Of a stretch of DNA of 64,000 nucleotides, positions 63,440-64,000 are shown piece after piece. Source of the stretch: Callorhinchus milii (taxonomy: Eukaryota); the NCBI RefSeq assembly GCF_018977255.1, contig NW_024704742.1:81470001-81534000 (forward strand), written 5' to 3'. The notes below the pieces were generated by a model. It saw only the letters and a program-made list of their open reading frames with translations, ran no database searches and was not told the DNA's origin. Position 1 is the stretch's first letter, and every line of letters begins with the position of its first letter. Both the position numbers and the translations under genes were made by a program.

Positions 63440-63810
63440 GGGTGGTGGGGTAAGGGTGGGGTTGGGGAGAGAGAGAATATCTTCCTTTGGGCTCTGAGTT
63501 ATAAGGGATGGCTGATTCTATTGAGGAAAGAAGATAGATTTAGCTCTTTAAAATGATGAGTACCACAGATAAAGTAGATGAAAGTAAGTTATTCAACTTA
63601 TACTGTGACCATAAAATAAGAGGACATAATTGCAAAATTACCAAACTTCAAATGAGACTGGGAAGATTCATTGGATATGGGGAACAGTTATTCATCAGAA
63701 ATAGATAATACAATATCCATTGACATTTTTGGGGAAAAAATCTGTACAATTGTAACTAAGATTGAATGACACAAGGATAGAAATAGATAGGGATGACAAA
63801 ACAGTGAATG
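63440..63810 (+). mobile_element. Degenerate CR1-type LINE 3' remnant
   Basis: ...TTTAAAATGATGAG...GATAAAGTAGAT...AAGTTATT...ATAAGAGGACATAAT pattern; similar piece at ~6640-6830. Confidence 0.5.
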
Positions 63811-64000
63811 AAAAGGAATTCAAACAATTTTCCTTGTAATTATGCTAGCATCCACATTTAGGTAGCCATTTAACAGTGTGTGATCCCTTCACACTATTTC
63901 TTGTACAAAAAAATTCTAATTAATAAATTAAAGTTTGCGGCATTTCAAAATGATCTATTGCAAATGTTTTAAAATGGAGTTTGTGCAATGTCAAGTAACA

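Noticed and set aside
32100..64000. Exons of a neighbouring gene upstream of SVEP1
   Set aside because: No ORF or splice-bounded segment with recognisable host-protein similarity was found; small exons could have been missed.

Overview
Vertebrate genomic DNA. The repeat content (L2 and CR1 LINEs, Deu-domain SINEs) suggests a cartilaginous fish, but that is inference. The only host gene I can support is the 5' part of SVEP1 (polydom) on the minus strand. Coding exons are 31439-30924 (signal peptide plus first half of the vWA domain), 20688-20433 (rest of vWA) and 11918-11742 (Cys-rich segment). All have canonical GT-AG sites and compatible phases. No further exon was recognised, so the gene probably continues beyond coordinate 1. 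About 32 kb upstream (31.5-64 kb) appears intergenic. The rest is densely packed with transposable elements: a rearranged near-full-length L2 (endonuclease + RT), many 3' L2 fragments, and two tRNA-headed SINE families sharing one L2-type 3' stem-loop tail. There are also CR1 remnants, a TA-flanked Tc1/pogo-type MITE, an AT-rich foldback family, a probable solo LTR and an unidentified poly(A)-ended dispersed repeat. The most unusual structure is in SVEP1 intron 1: eight CCAAT boxes at exact 33-bp spacing, bracketed by a ~145-bp direct repeat. I found no convincing novel multi-gene system. Almost all other ORFs in the track are repeat-derived or spurious. Exon coordinates are exact; most repeat boundaries are approximate.
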